Source of the DNA: Octopus sinensis
Taxonomy: Eukaryota
Direction of reading: 5' to 3'
Length of the DNA stretch: 64,000 nucleotides
Assembly: GCF_006345805.1 (NCBI RefSeq)
Contig: NC_043008.1
Location: forward strand, 57,784,001-57,848,000
How positions within the stretch are numbered: position 1 is the first letter of the stretch; each line of letters begins with the position of its first letter. A model generated the notes under the pieces. That model saw only the letters and a list, made by a program, of their open reading frames with translations. It was not told where the DNA came from and made no database searches. Below are positions 1-11,740 of this stretch, piece after piece. The position numbers were made by a program, and so were the translations under genes.

Positions 1-834
1 GAGGAAACCTATTGTCTTCAATCATTACATTTGACAAAATAATCTGATTGCTAAAGGGTTAATTTTTCTACCAGGCTTTAAAAAAAAATTACAATGACTG
101 GGTTGATTCATTCAACTAAAATGTTTCAAGGTAGTACCCCAGCATGGACACAATATTTGGATTTGAATTCAGAACATGAAGAACAAGAAAAAATAATGCT
201 TTCAAATTTTGGCACGAGGCCAGCAATTTCGGGGAAGGGGCAAGTCAATTACATTGACCCCAGTGTTCAACTGGTACTTATTTTATCAACCCCAAAAGGA
301 TGAAAGGCAAAGTCAATCTGGGCAAAATTTGAACTGAGAATGTAAAGATGGATGAAATATCACTTAGCATTTTTGCCTGGCACGCGACCGATTCTGCCAG
401 CTTGCTGCCCTAACAAGAGTAAATATTACTAAGCGTTTCATCCGATACCCTAGCAACTCTGTCAATTATTGCCTTGACTGGTACTTTATTGATCGCAGAA
501 GAACAAAAAGGTAAAATTACCTTGGCTGCATTTCAACTCTCAAGGGAAGTGTACTAAATTGCTTAATGCACTTTGCATTAATTCAACTAAACACACACTA
601 GATAAACCAGTAGGGATTAAACCTTTGAATGAAACATTTGGATTCAGCAAGGAACATTATGTCTCTTTTTCAATTAACCCTTTAGCGTTCAGACTACGCC
701 GTCAAATGTAATGCTTATTTATTCATAGGCACGGCTATGTGGTAACAAGCTTGCTTCCCAACCACATGGATCCAGGTTCAGTCACACTGTGTGTCACCTT
801 GGACAAGTGTCTTCTACTATAGCCTCAAGCTGAC

Positions 835-1063
835 TTAACCCTTTAGTATTTAAACTGGCCATATCCGGCCAAAAGTATTCTGCCTGTTTTATGTTCAAAC
901 TGGTCAGATCTGGTCTCTCACACCAAACCTACAATATCGTTTTAAAAATTAACAGCTACCTCATCAAAATCTCATAGCTACAAGATAATGCATGATTAGT
1001 TCAAAACAATGTGGATAAAAAAGGATTAACTTTGCCAGAATAATGTGAACACGAAAGGGTTAA
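835..1063. mobile_element. TTAA-flanked piggyBac-like MITE
   Basis: TTAA-CCCTTT ... AAAGGG-TTAA termini; related pieces at 675-725, 1895-2030, 45840-45955 and 50140-50260. Confidence 0.75.
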
Positions 1064-1414
1064 GTCTTGTGAGTGGATTTCGTTGACGGAAACTGAAAGA
1101 AACCCGCCACACACACACACACACCACACACACACACACACACATACACACATATATATATATATACAGGACATCAAAAAAATGTTGAACACAATGAGAA
1201 ATGAGACATGCAACATAAAGAATATTCCCCTTCATCAGTTGTCCCTGTTTCATCTACTACGTGTTTTGAGTATATATATATGTGTGTATATATGCATATA
1301 TTTATATATTATTTATATTATGATATGATCGACTGCCATGTATCCTTTTCCAAGTATATATATATATATATATTCAAAATATATAATCAAAATAAGCAAC
1401 AAGAATGACTCCGG

Positions 1415-1507
1415 TAATTTGGTATGATCGTTTCATACTACATCATTTTATTAAATGTTGTAAGTATTACAACAGTTTTAAAATGCTGAGCACTCATCAG
1501 CCAATTA
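1415..1507 (-). ncRNA. Decayed type I hammerhead ribozyme motif (Penelope-like)
   Basis: Minus strand TAATTGG-CTGATGA-long stem II-GAAAC-GATC-ATA-CCAAATTA; stem III palindrome ACGATCGT damaged to ACGATCAT. Confidence 0.6.
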
Positions 1508-2234
1508 TAGAGGTTTTCCATTAATACAAAAATTTTCATATCAAGTGGCAACATTATAGAGAAGGTAGATATATAGACAAAGATGTAGATTTAAATTTTA
1601 AGAACATTTGAGATAGTGGAGCCCATCAACTGACTGACTAAGATTCAGTTGTTCCAGATGTGTCTTTGTGTCTGTATTTGTCCCCCACCACCACATGACA
1701 ACTGGTGTTGGTGTATTTATATCCCTGTAACTTAGCAGTTCAGCAAAAGCAACTGATAGAATAAGTACCAAGCTTAAAAAAACAAGTTCTGGGGTTGAGT
1801 TGTTTGACTAAAACCCTTCAAGGTTGTGCTCCAGCATGGCTGCAGTCAAAAGACTGAAACAAGTAAAAGTTAAAAAATAAAAGATATAAAAAATGTTTTC
1901 GAATTAATCATGTATTCTCTTGTATCTTCGAGATTTCAATAATGTGATTGTTTATTTTTAGAATGACATTGTAGGGTAGGTGAGAGAGGCCAAATCTGGC
2001 CAGTTTGAACATGAAAGTGGTAGAATAATGTTAATGTGATCCTTCTTTCATTAGAATGTTGTTAAAGTGTCAACATCGCAGATCATTTTATTTACCACTA
2101 AACAAGATATGTGTAACTACTTACCCCTACGTGCCAATGTCTAAGTACTTAAACATTTACAAGAAACCCTAGAATATACAACTATATACACCTCTCCGGA
2201 AGCATGGCTGTGTGGTTAAGATGTTTGTGTGGGA

Positions 2235-2590
2235 TGATGTCAGCAGCTGGGGAGCTGACCGGAAGGGGCAGCAGTGACGCGTGCGCAGGTAGGGTAGCAT
2301 TTGGGCTTTTCGATCGTGGTCGCCGAGCAAGGAAGATGGGTCAGCACCTTGTTAAGGTTGGGAGAAGCAGCTGCTATTTCTAGCGTTCGGGTCAGGCTGT
2401 GTTGAAGGATCCATTACTGCTGAAGGGTCTCCATCTGAGCGAAGAGAAGGTAGGTGCCTTTATTTGATGTGGAGGCCGAGGGGAAGACGTTCAAGGCCTT
2501 TGTGGATACGGCCTGCACGAGCACCCTTGTAACTTCAAGGGTGACGAAGAAATGGAACGGGGCAAGTAGCGTCTGGGCGGTCAATGGCGG
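2235..2590 (+). mobile_element. Ty3/Gypsy LTR-retrotransposon gag-protease fragment (decayed)
   Basis: GC-rich island; frame from 2454 reads VPLFDVEAEGKTFKAFVDTACTSTLV, a retropepsin xVDTG-like motif. Confidence 0.6.
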
Positions 2591-3458
2591 TTTCAAGTTC
2601 AATCTCACTGCATGGCACTTTTAGCAAGTGTCTTCTACTTTAGCTCGGGGCCAATCAAAGCCTTGTGAGTGGATATGGCAGATGGTAACTGAAAGCAGCT
2701 TATCATTTGTGTGTGTGTGTGTGTATGTGTGTGTGTGCCTCCTCGTCTTGGCATAATGTGATTGTTGTAAATGAGTGTCACCCTCATACAAGAGGTGTCA
2801 TTCCTTTCTATTCTTCCATAAAAAACATGTCCAGTAATGGGGAAATATTATGTTGCTTGGAAACAAATGGGAGTTGGTGACCAGAATGGCATCTGGCAAT
2901 AGAAGATCATCTGCAACAAATTCTATATGATCCATGTAAGCCTGGAAAAGTGGATGCTAAAACGATGATAGTTCACACATGTATCTAGATTCTACATAGT
3001 CACTCAAATTTGATGGGGAAATAGTAATCAAATCCCTGTTGAATTACATCCCAGTGCAGCAAACCAAAAGAAGACAGGTGAAACAAATTGAGAAAGGCCT
3101 GAAGTTGCTTTGCCTCGACCTCAAGCATGTTAAGACCAGTACCATGGATCAGAAAGTGTGGAATAACATCATCACCAGAGGCTATCATCCAGTGGCACCC
3201 ATAGCAGCATATTGGTTGAAAGGACAGCCTCCCGCTCGAGTTGCCAGCAAGGGATTTTACTTTACTTACTGTGAAAACCCATGTAATTTGCACACCTGTG
3301 TAATTTACAAAGGTAATTTTGAGGATAAAATTTATTGCAAAAAGCTTTTACTCCTGTAAAATTCGCACCCAAAAGTTTTCAGAATTGCCGATATGATCAA
3401 GGAGTAAAGGTTTTCAGTTTAGTTGTATTTAGCATTATTTCACTTACTTATTAAGTAA

Positions 3459-3957
3459 GTGAAATGCTTACCAGTATTTCGTCTGCCGCTACGTTCTGAG
3501 TTCAAATTCCGCCGAAGTCGACTTTGCCTTTCATCCTCTCGGGGTTGATTAAATAAGTACAAGTTACGCACTGGGGTCGATGTAATCGACTTAATATAAT
3601 AATAATGAAATTATTGTATACAGTGCTCAGGTGCACCACAACTTGTCAGAAAGTGCATATAAAGTACATGCAGCAATGTAGAAATGTCTGGAAAGTGAAC
3701 ATGCTTGTGTGTGTATGGAGGAGAGAAAATCAAGTGTAGTGTTGGCGAATCTCAGGAAGCATGGAAGTTTTGAAGGATGCAGTGCTCCGACAACTAACAA
3801 CCGATGCCGGCAGTTTGTTCCATGCTTCAGCAACTCTCAGCGTGAAAAAATGTTTCCTGAAGTCATGGGAGCTGTGCTGTTTTCTTACTTAATCCGTTTG
3901 TCTGTCCTTGTTTGTCCTCTCTGTATTTAGCCCCTTGTGGGTAGTAAAGAAATAGGT
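3459..3957 (+). mobile_element. SINE family B with Meta/RUDI-like central domain, interrupted by a CR1 fragment
   Basis: GAGTTCAAATTCCGCCGAAGTCGACTTTGCCTTTCATCCT...AAGTAC domain. Other copies: 31596-31815(+), 43677-43910(+), 48627-48822(-), 52895-53130(-), 59568-59790(+); decayed copies at 195-410(-) and 40215-40425(-). Confidence 0.8.
3596..3886 (-). mobile_element. 5'-truncated CR1-like LINE with 7-bp target-site duplication
   Basis: Near-identical to 51650-51955; (TTA)n tail; ACTTAAT duplicated at 3589-3595 and 3887-3893. Confidence 0.8.
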
Positions 3958-4499
3958 ATCACATTAAAAGCTATTAAATTACAAAGTGATTGTGTTGTTT
4001 ATAATAAACTTTATTTTACATTTCTTGCCCTCAAGAGATTGTCTGATCATTAGCAAACTGCTGTATGTCTTCTCAAATCATGATCACAGGAAAAGTTGTC
4101 GATAAGAATTAGCAACAAAAACAAAGCGATAAATAACACAAGTGTTGCAAATTAAGCTTAATTACCAATAAACATTAATGGTTTTAGTAAATTTATACAG
4201 GAAAAGTAAGCATTATACCAAACAGCATAAATAAAAGTTAACTTTGTTATATTTAAGCCTTTATTTTTTCTGTAAAAGAACCATTCTGACTTTAAATGAT
4301 TCAACTTCTAGTATGAATGTTTATGTTTTGTACATGTTTTCAACAAAAAAAAATTTCTAAAAAAGATTCTGGAAGTGATCTACTCATGAAATTTTCACAC
4401 CTCTAAAGTTTATTTTTATTTCTGCAAAAACAAAAAAAAATGTGTGAATTACATGGGTTTTTACAGTACTTACATTCAACACACTGAAGTTGACAGATA

Positions 4500-5487
4500 T
4501 CATCATCATCATCATCATCATCGTTTAACGTCCGCTTTCCATGCTAGCATGGGTTGGACGGTTCAACTGGGGTCTGGCAAGCCCGAAGGCTACACCAGAC
4601 CAGTCAGATCTGGCAGTGTTTCTACAGCTGGATGCCCTTCCTAACGCCAACCACTCCGAGAGTGTAGTGGGTGATTTTATGTGCCACCGACACAGGTGCC
4701 AGACGAGGCTGGCAGACGGCCACGCTCGGATGGTGTTTTTTATGTGCCACCGACACAGGTGCCAGACGAGGCTGGCAGACGCCACGCTCGGATGGTGTTT
4801 TTTATGTGCCACCGACACAGGTGCCAGACGAGGCTGGCAGACGGCCACGCTCGGATGGTGTTTTTTATGTGCCACCGACACAGGTGCCAGACGAGGCTGG
4901 CAGACGGCCACGCTCGGATGGTGTTTTTTATGTGCCACCGACACAGGTGCCAGACGAGGCTGGCAGACGGCCACGCTCGGATGGTGTTTTTTATGTGCCA
5001 CCGACACAGGTGCCAGACAGGCTGGCAGACGGCCAGCTCGGATGGTTTTTTTATGTGCCACCGACACAGGTGCCAGACGAGCTGGCAGACGGCCACGCTC
5101 GGATGGTGTTTTTTATGTGCCACCGACACAGGTGCCAGACGAGGCTGGCAAAACGTCCACGATCGGATGGTGTTTTTTATGTGCTGCCACCGACACAGGT
5201 GCCAGACGAGGCTGGCAGACGGCCACGCTCGGATGGTGTTTTTTATGTGCCACCGACACAGGTGCAGACGAGGCTGGCAGACAGCCACGCTCGGATGGTG
5301 TTTTTTATGTGCCACCGACACAGGTGCCAGACGAGGCTGGCAGACGGCCACGCTCGATGGTGTTTTTTATGTGCCACGCCACCGACAGGTGCCAGACGAG
5401 GCTGGCAGACGGCCACGCTCGGATGGTGTTTTTTATGTGCCACCGACACAGGTGCCAGACGAGGCTGGCAGACGGCCACGCTCGATG
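4500..5487 (-). mobile_element. RTE-LINE 3' UTR fragment with (GAT)n tail and expanded internal array
   Basis: Shares its 3' end (...CCAACCCATGCTAGCATGGAAAGCGGACGTTAAACGATGATG) with the RT-bearing copy at 20820-21835. Further copies: 7283-7570(+), 14908-15158(-), 24795-25381(+), 32848-33093(-), 37812-38078(-), 38550-38830(+), 42020-42235(+), 45245-45480(+), 57720-57963(+), 57998-58495(-), 63397-63815(-). Confidence 0.82.
4679..5487. repeat. Minisatellite, 13 copies of a 63-bp unit
   Basis: Unit ATGTGCCACCGACACAGGTGCCAGACGAGGCTGGCAGACGGCCACGCTCGGATGGTGTTTTTT starting at 4679, 4742, 4804, 4867, 4930, 4993, 5053, 5115, 5179, 5245, 5307, 5369 and 5435. Confidence 0.95.
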
Positions 5488-5662
5488 ACTGTTATTTCCA
5501 ACATACAAGTCAAATTTTCCAGATCAAAATTCACAGCTAAAACAGCTCGGTTGATAACTTTGGTGGGTCAAAATCTCTATGTAAAATGCAGCAAGGAATG
5601 GGAAAATAATTCCTTTTAGTCTATGCACAAGGCCTGAAATTAATTTTGTGTGAGTGAGCTCC

Positions 5663-6066
5663 TCTTTTACTCTTTTACTTGTTTCAGTCATTTGACTGTG
5701 GCCATGATGGAGCACCGCCTTTAGTTGAGCAAATCGACCCCAGGACTTATTCTTTGCAAGCCTAGTACTTATTCTATCGGGCCCCTTTTGCCGAACCACT
5801 AAGTTACAGGGAGGTAAACACACCAACATTGGTTGTCAAGCGATGTTGAGAGGACAAATACAGAAGCACAAACACACATACACACATATATATATACACA
5901 CACATATACGATGGACTTCTTTCAGTTTCCGTCTACCAAATCCATTCGCAAGGTTTTGGTCAACCTGAGGCTATAGTAGAAGACACTTGCCCAAGGTATC
6001 ACACAGTGGGACTGAACCTGGAACCATGTGGTTGGTAAGCAAGCTACTTACCACACAGCCACTCCT
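5663..6066 (-). mobile_element. SINE family A, full length
   Basis: tRNA-like head with A and B boxes, internal (TA/TG)n and (GAGTAAAA)n tail. Other near-full copies: 17741-18134(+), 19416-19825(-), 20346-20778(-), 30643-30946(+, partial), 33378-33780(-), 46731-47161(+), 50277-50657(-), 52463-52842(-), 58726-59143(+). Confidence 0.85.
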
Positions 6067-6183
6067 AATGCCTATAGTCTATAAGAGAATTTCTTTTCCG
6101 AAACAGTTACTGCAGAGATGGTCTTCCTATGTTTGAGTGTATACAAATATGTTAAATATAAATGTTCACAGTTTTATTTTAAT

Positions 6184-6560
6184 ACTAGCAGTATCGCCCA
6201 GCGTTGCTCGGGTTTGTAAGGGAAATAACTATATAAGCATTTTTAGAGAGTTATAGCCAAAAAATGGAAAAAAAATTATGGTAAATTTTTTTAAAATCGT
6301 TGACTCATCGTAGACATTTTTAGAGAGTTACTTCCCTTATATAATAGCGAAAAAATGCATTAAAATGGAAAAAAATGATGGTTAATTTTTTTTAAAATCG
6401 TAGACTCATCGTAGACGCACGCTAATACCCAGAAGGGCTCGATATGAATCACGACTATAAGATACTCGGTATTGGTTAAACTGCACCGCAAAATGTGGGA
6501 GTAGTTAGGAATCTAAATCGTAGGAGACAAACACACAACCTCTCTTTTATATATAAAGAT
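6184..6560 (+). mobile_element. Helentron-associated non-autonomous element (HINE/DINE-1-like)
   Basis: Starts ACTAGCAGTATCGCCC..GCGTTGCTCGGG (terminal hairpin), ends TTTTATATATAAAGAT, no TSD; same family as 10518, 11741 and 39121. Confidence 0.7.
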
Positions 6561-7049
6561 TTGCTGTTCAGTGTCTTTGTTTTAATTAATTATAAAAATA
6601 ATGAAGAATTACGTAAAAATAACTCTGTCATAATTTGTCTGGTGATTGCAACATAAATTCAAATGGAGTTTTGATGAAAGGTTTTAATTTAAATTATTTT
6701 AAAACAAGAAACTTGTATAATAGAACCGGGGATGCTATCTCATAGACTGGTGCCAAAATGGTTAATTAAGCTTAAGATGTAAAAACAAAAGAAAAAGAAC
6801 TTATTGAAAATATTTCCCAGCATATAAGTTGAATTTTTCAGACCAATATTTCAGTCAAAAATGGTAGGTCGCCTTATATAGCAAGATGACTGGAGGATTA
6901 TAAATCCTATGTGAATACAGTGAAATTTGGAAAGATAGTGGTAATCTTTGAATGTTTACACTACAAGTTTACACTGTGTACTATATTGACTTGTATGCTG
7001 GAAAGTATGGTAATTCACAGGCCTAAGGTATCGGCTGTACAGATGCCAG

Positions 7050-8055
7050 GAATTCAAACAGACAAACTGAAGGCTGTATTAACTTCAAAAGTAGCTCTAC
7101 TAACTTTATACAAGATGAGAGCTGCTTCATAAACTTAAACTGAATTCCTACTAAATTAAAAATCTCAAAATGACTTCATTACAAACTTTCCTGGCTCAAG
7201 TTTACAGATCAACTATTTTCTCTAACACAAACTGACATCTCTACTAACATCAAACACTCCACTTAAAAACTCACCTAACTCACCGTTGCCAGCGCCACCC
7301 CGGCTGGCCTCTGTGCCGGTGGCACGTAAAAAGCACCATCTGATCGTGGCTGTTTGCCAGCCTCGTCTGGCACCTGTGCCAGTGGCACGTAAAAAGCACC
7401 CACTACACTCATGGAGTGGTTGGCATTAGGAAGGGCATCCAGCCGTAGAAACATTGCCAGATCAGACTGGGCCTGGTGCAGCCTTCTGGCTTCCCAGACT
7501 CCAGTTGAACCGTCCAACCCATGCTAGCATGGAAAGCGGATGCTAAACGATGTTGATGATGATGATGATGAACTCCAGAGGCTCAAGCGTACTTACTCTA
7601 TTGACTTCATAAACTGAAACTGCAAGCTCATCTAATTTCATTAGCTCAAGTCCTACCAACTTGAGAAATTCAAATTGACAGTGCTACTAACAGCAGCTCA
7701 AGACGGCAGCTTTATGAACCCATACTGATATCTCTACTAACTTGAGAGACCCAGGTGACAATTATATAAACTTGAGCTTCACAAACTTGGGTCAAACAGG
7801 ATTATTAACTTCACAGAATTGAGCTGACAGCTGAAGTAACATCACAGACTCAAAATGACAAATCTATTAATTTCACCTTCTTACACACTGCTGATTACAA
7901 TAGCTAAAACTGACATCTCTATTACCTTCCCAAATTGAAGCTGACAGTTCTTCTAACATTACATAATACAGACTTAATCTGACAAGCGTACTTATTTCAC
8001 TAACTCAATCTGCTACCAAATTTACAGATTCAAACGAAGGCTGTGCTAACTTTAG
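7050..8055. repeat. Old degenerate ~31-bp minisatellite, split by an RTE tail at 7283-7570
   Basis: Recurrent motif resembling TTCACAGACTCAAACTGACAGCTCTACTAAC, e.g. units near 7808 and 7839. Confidence 0.6.
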
Positions 8056-8207
8056 CCTGGGTGGAACAGGTATATGGCTATCTAGTTCAGAGAAAATTGA
8101 AGCAGAGGCTATCATAGTAGTAGTAGTAGCAGCATCAGCAGTATATTCAGAGAAAAGAAACTTTATCTGTATGACTTGCGGTCGCATTCTTTTGGTCTAT
8201 TTGTAAT

Positions 8208-8466
8208 TATGATGGAGGACAAAGATGAAGAGGAGAACGACGACGATGATGATGATGAGGAGGACAATAGTGATGAGGATGATAATGATGATGACTATGA
8301 CGGCAATGATGATGATGTTGATGGTGATGAAGCTGATGATGATGATGATGATGATGATGAAGCTGATAATGAGGCTGATGATGATAAGGCTGATGTTCAT
8401 GGTGATGGTGGTGATGATGGTGATGAAGATGGTGATGGTTGATGATGATGATGGTGGTGATGATGG

Positions 8467-8523
<57 letters not shown>
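8208..8523. repeat. (GAT)n compound microsatellite
   Basis: Directly visible. Confidence 0.95.
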
Positions 8524-8524
<1 letters not shown>

Positions 8525-9552
8525 TCTGTTCCTTTTAATTGACAAACTTTTCCTTTGAACTACTTTTTATGTATTTAAGAATTTCCAATTTGATTTGTAA
8601 CACACACACACACATGCACACACACACACATATATTTGAAGAAAGATTTTCTTAAATTAAAAATCATTACTTACATAAAATATTTTTTTTAAAAACAAAC
8701 TCCTAGATCAACACAGATTTTATGGAAAGATTTTATGTGCAAAAAGAGAGAAGTTCTAACAGGCCATTTCCTAGTTTGCTAACTGTTTCTCAAATAAGAC
8801 ATTCCCTGCTTATGTATAAGGGGAAGTCAAAAATTATCCACACTTTTACCATAACATATCTTTAGTATTGTCACACTGCTTTCTGCACATGTGTGCTTAT
8901 AGTTGGTACTATTGTGGTCATGTGATCAAACTTTGAACCTGATCAGCCAATTTTCTTTCTGGCTTTGTATGTATATGTGCATATAAATTACAAAAATTAC
9001 AAAAATTGATTCCAGGTGAGAATGCAATCGATAAAGCCGTTGGAACGTGCATTTGTAAAATCGTTTTTCTTGGAATAGAAAAAAATTCTTTATTTCTTCT
9101 TTTGCTGGTGTCTCAAATTTAGGTTAAATCAGTGTTTCTCAAAGGGGAGGCCTATGGGGGGAACGAACAAATTGTTTTGAGAAAATTTGGTTTAAATGTT
9201 TGACAACTCAGCACCGTCCATTGGACTGGTAGGGGGGGGGGCTTTTGCTCATATATATATTTATATATATACACACACACACATGTATGATTGTTTTGTT
9301 TCATTTGTATTGTTTGTTTTTCAACACAAGCTTGGATTTGATGCAAATTATTTGAGGCTCATTACCTATTTTTCAAATTAGGGAAGTTTTTTTTCCGTTG
9401 TTGTTGTCTTCCTTTTATTTCAGAAGTTTTCAGAAGTGTAGAGCAGACTGGTTGTAATGCAAACAAGGAATGTGAACATCATTACCTTTTCACTCAAATG
9501 ATGACAAGTATGGAATATCAACATTCATGCAGATAACACACACACACACACA

Positions 9553-9610
<58 letters not shown>

Positions 9611-9680
9611 TGATAGATAGGTTATTTGTCTACTGTGAAAGAATTTTCTCACATTTTTTTTGTCAAAGTATATATATATG

Positions 9681-9713
<33 letters not shown>

Positions 9714-9900
9714 TACAAATAAGAAAATGGAGAAACAATTTAGTTGGTTTATCAGCTTTAGGATATTAGAATGTCGACTTATTTATTTATTTAACAAAAC
9801 GAGAACCATAATAACATACATATATACATTAAAATTCTATACATATAAGATAAGAATACAATTATAAAAACCTTAATATAAATTATTGGAATCATTAAAA

Positions 9901-10027
9901 TCACTTACAGCTGTTTCAGTCTATGGAAAAAAGTATTTTTCTGTGCCTATATTTGTCAATTATATTGAGGTTGTAGGCATTCAAAAATGGGGTACATATA
10001 TATAACCATAGGCCTCATCAAAGACTA
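9901..10027 (-). ncRNA. Decayed hammerhead ribozyme motif (Penelope-like)
   Basis: Minus strand TTGATGA-GGCCTATGG...CCATAGACT-GAA-ACAGCTGT-A; palindromic stem III; C3 mutated. Confidence 0.55.
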
Positions 10028-10122
10028 TAAAGAACTTACAAAATATAAATAAATATATACATAAAACAGGATACATGTACAATTTAATATATATAAATAT
10101 AAACATATATCCATATACACAT

Positions 10123-10161
<39 letters not shown>

Positions 10162-10352
10162 CATAAGCAAAGTATATACACCTTTACAGGTGTATAAATA
10201 CATATATGTATATTTAATCCTCCTCCACCACCACCACCAACACCACCACCACCACCATTATTGTTTTAACACCAACTTTTCCATGCTTGCCTGGTTTGGA
10301 CAGGGTTTATCCGCGCAGATTCTCTATGACCAGACACCCTACATATATGTAT

Positions 10353-11400
10353 ATAAAGTGACCCGCAAAAGTTTACAACACACAATCAAAAATCCAAGTT
10401 TACATATATTGAGTTAATACAGGTCAATGAAATTTTCACCATTTATGAAGTTTTTTGTAATAAATTCAATGCAGCAATTGGAATTACATAATAAGGAATG
10501 GAAAAATTTTATATGGAACTAGCAGTATCGCCCGGCCTTGCTTGGGTTTGTAAGCATTTTTAGAGAGTTACTTCCCTTATAGATGCCAATTTGGGCTTTC
10601 TTAGCCATTTCTGTTTTGGTGTCTTCAAGCCATGAAGTCGTTGTTCTAAAAGAACGCTGGTCTCCTTGACAACGCTTTACGACGTTAATTTCCTTACACT
10701 CCCTTCCCCACAGCTTCACGAGGGAGGGAAGAAGGGGGAGAAGCAAACAGGTGCAGGTGTGACCGTGGACGCCAACTCCGCCGCCATCGACACACGAAAA
10801 ATTATGCATTAAAATGGAATAAAAAATGATGTTAAATTATTTTTAAAATCGTAGACTCATCGTAGACGCGCGCTAATACCCAGACGGGCTCGATATGAAT
10901 CACGACTATAAGATACCCGAATTTGGTTAAACTGCACCGCAAAATGTGGGAGTAGTTAGGAATCTAAATCGAAGGGGACAGACACTCACACAACTACAGT
11001 TTTATATATATAGATTAAATTTGGACTTCAAAATGCAAAAGTTTACAACACATTTATACAATCGAATCACTTTTTAATTGCATAACCCTTGTCGATGATG
11101 AGATCTTGCAGGCACTTTGAATAGTCTCCTAAATACTTTTTACATGTGGTGGGGATTATTTTTCTCTATTCTTTTCCCATATTCTTTTCAATTCTTGTAA
11201 GTTATGCAGGTCTGTTTTGAACTCTGAGTTTCAATTCTTTCCACAAATTTTCAATTGGATTAAGGTCTGGAGATTGACTTGGCCATTCTAGAACATTAAT
11301 CCCATTTGTTTTCACCCAATTCTTGGTCAGCTTTGCTGTGTGCTTTGAATCATCATCCCGTGGAAAGGCCCATCCTTGTTCCAAGTTTTCTCTGTTGTTC
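10353..11400 (-). mobile_element. Tc1-family transposon 3' remnant with IR/DR-type end, interrupted by a HINE
   Basis: [10 protein letters not shown]...[22 protein letters not shown] at 11202-11384; identical 18-bp direct repeats GCAAAAGTTTACAACACA at 10365 and 11035. Confidence 0.85.
10518..11015 (+). mobile_element. HINE-like element, long variant
   Basis: ACTAGCAGTATCGCCCGG ... TTTTATATATATAGAT; inverted near-identical copy at 11741-12255. Confidence 0.75.
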
Positions 11401-11740
11401 AGCCAGTCATCCAGACTTGGTTCTCACTAACTAACTTTGGCTTATGGGGTTCTTGCTTTTATAACTATCCAAAACTAGCCAGAAGGAAAGACATATTGTT
11501 GAGAACAATAGATTTTATTGGCAGTCTTTTATCTCTATTCTAACTTTTGGTGGCCTAGAAGAGGTTAGAAGGGTCAAGTGGCAAAGACATTATTCTGCTT
11601 AGTGAAGGCATCTGGCAAATGTAACTGCTGTCACTCACAGAAAAACTATTATTTTACCATGAGAAAAGTGCTGTTGAACTGCTAAGTGAAATTTGGCTAT
11701 CAAGGATCAAATCCATGCTATGCCTGCATGAAGCCATTAT

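Larger units (their letters stand above)
728..1885 (+). mobile_element. tRNA-derived SINE family A, interrupted by nested insertions
   Basis: Head GGCTATGTGGTAACAAG...GGTTCAGTC at 728, split by a MITE at 835-1063; tail CCAGCATGGCTGCAGTCAAAAGACTGAAACAAGTAAAA near 1830-1870. Confidence 0.7.

Noticed and set aside
4679-5487. CRISPR-like array or repeat-protein gene (ORFs of 289-315 aa)
   Set aside because: No unique spacers and no cas genes; eukaryotic context; the unit is a module of the RTE 3' UTR. ORFs in several frames arise from a stop-free 63-bp unit.
8176-8545. Acidic or poly-Met ORFs
   Set aside because: (GAT)n microsatellite.
9070-9235. Inverted match to 53722-53897 as a long-range regulatory pairing
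   Set aside because: 44 kb apart with one copy outside the transcript; most simply two copies of a dispersed DNA-element fragment.
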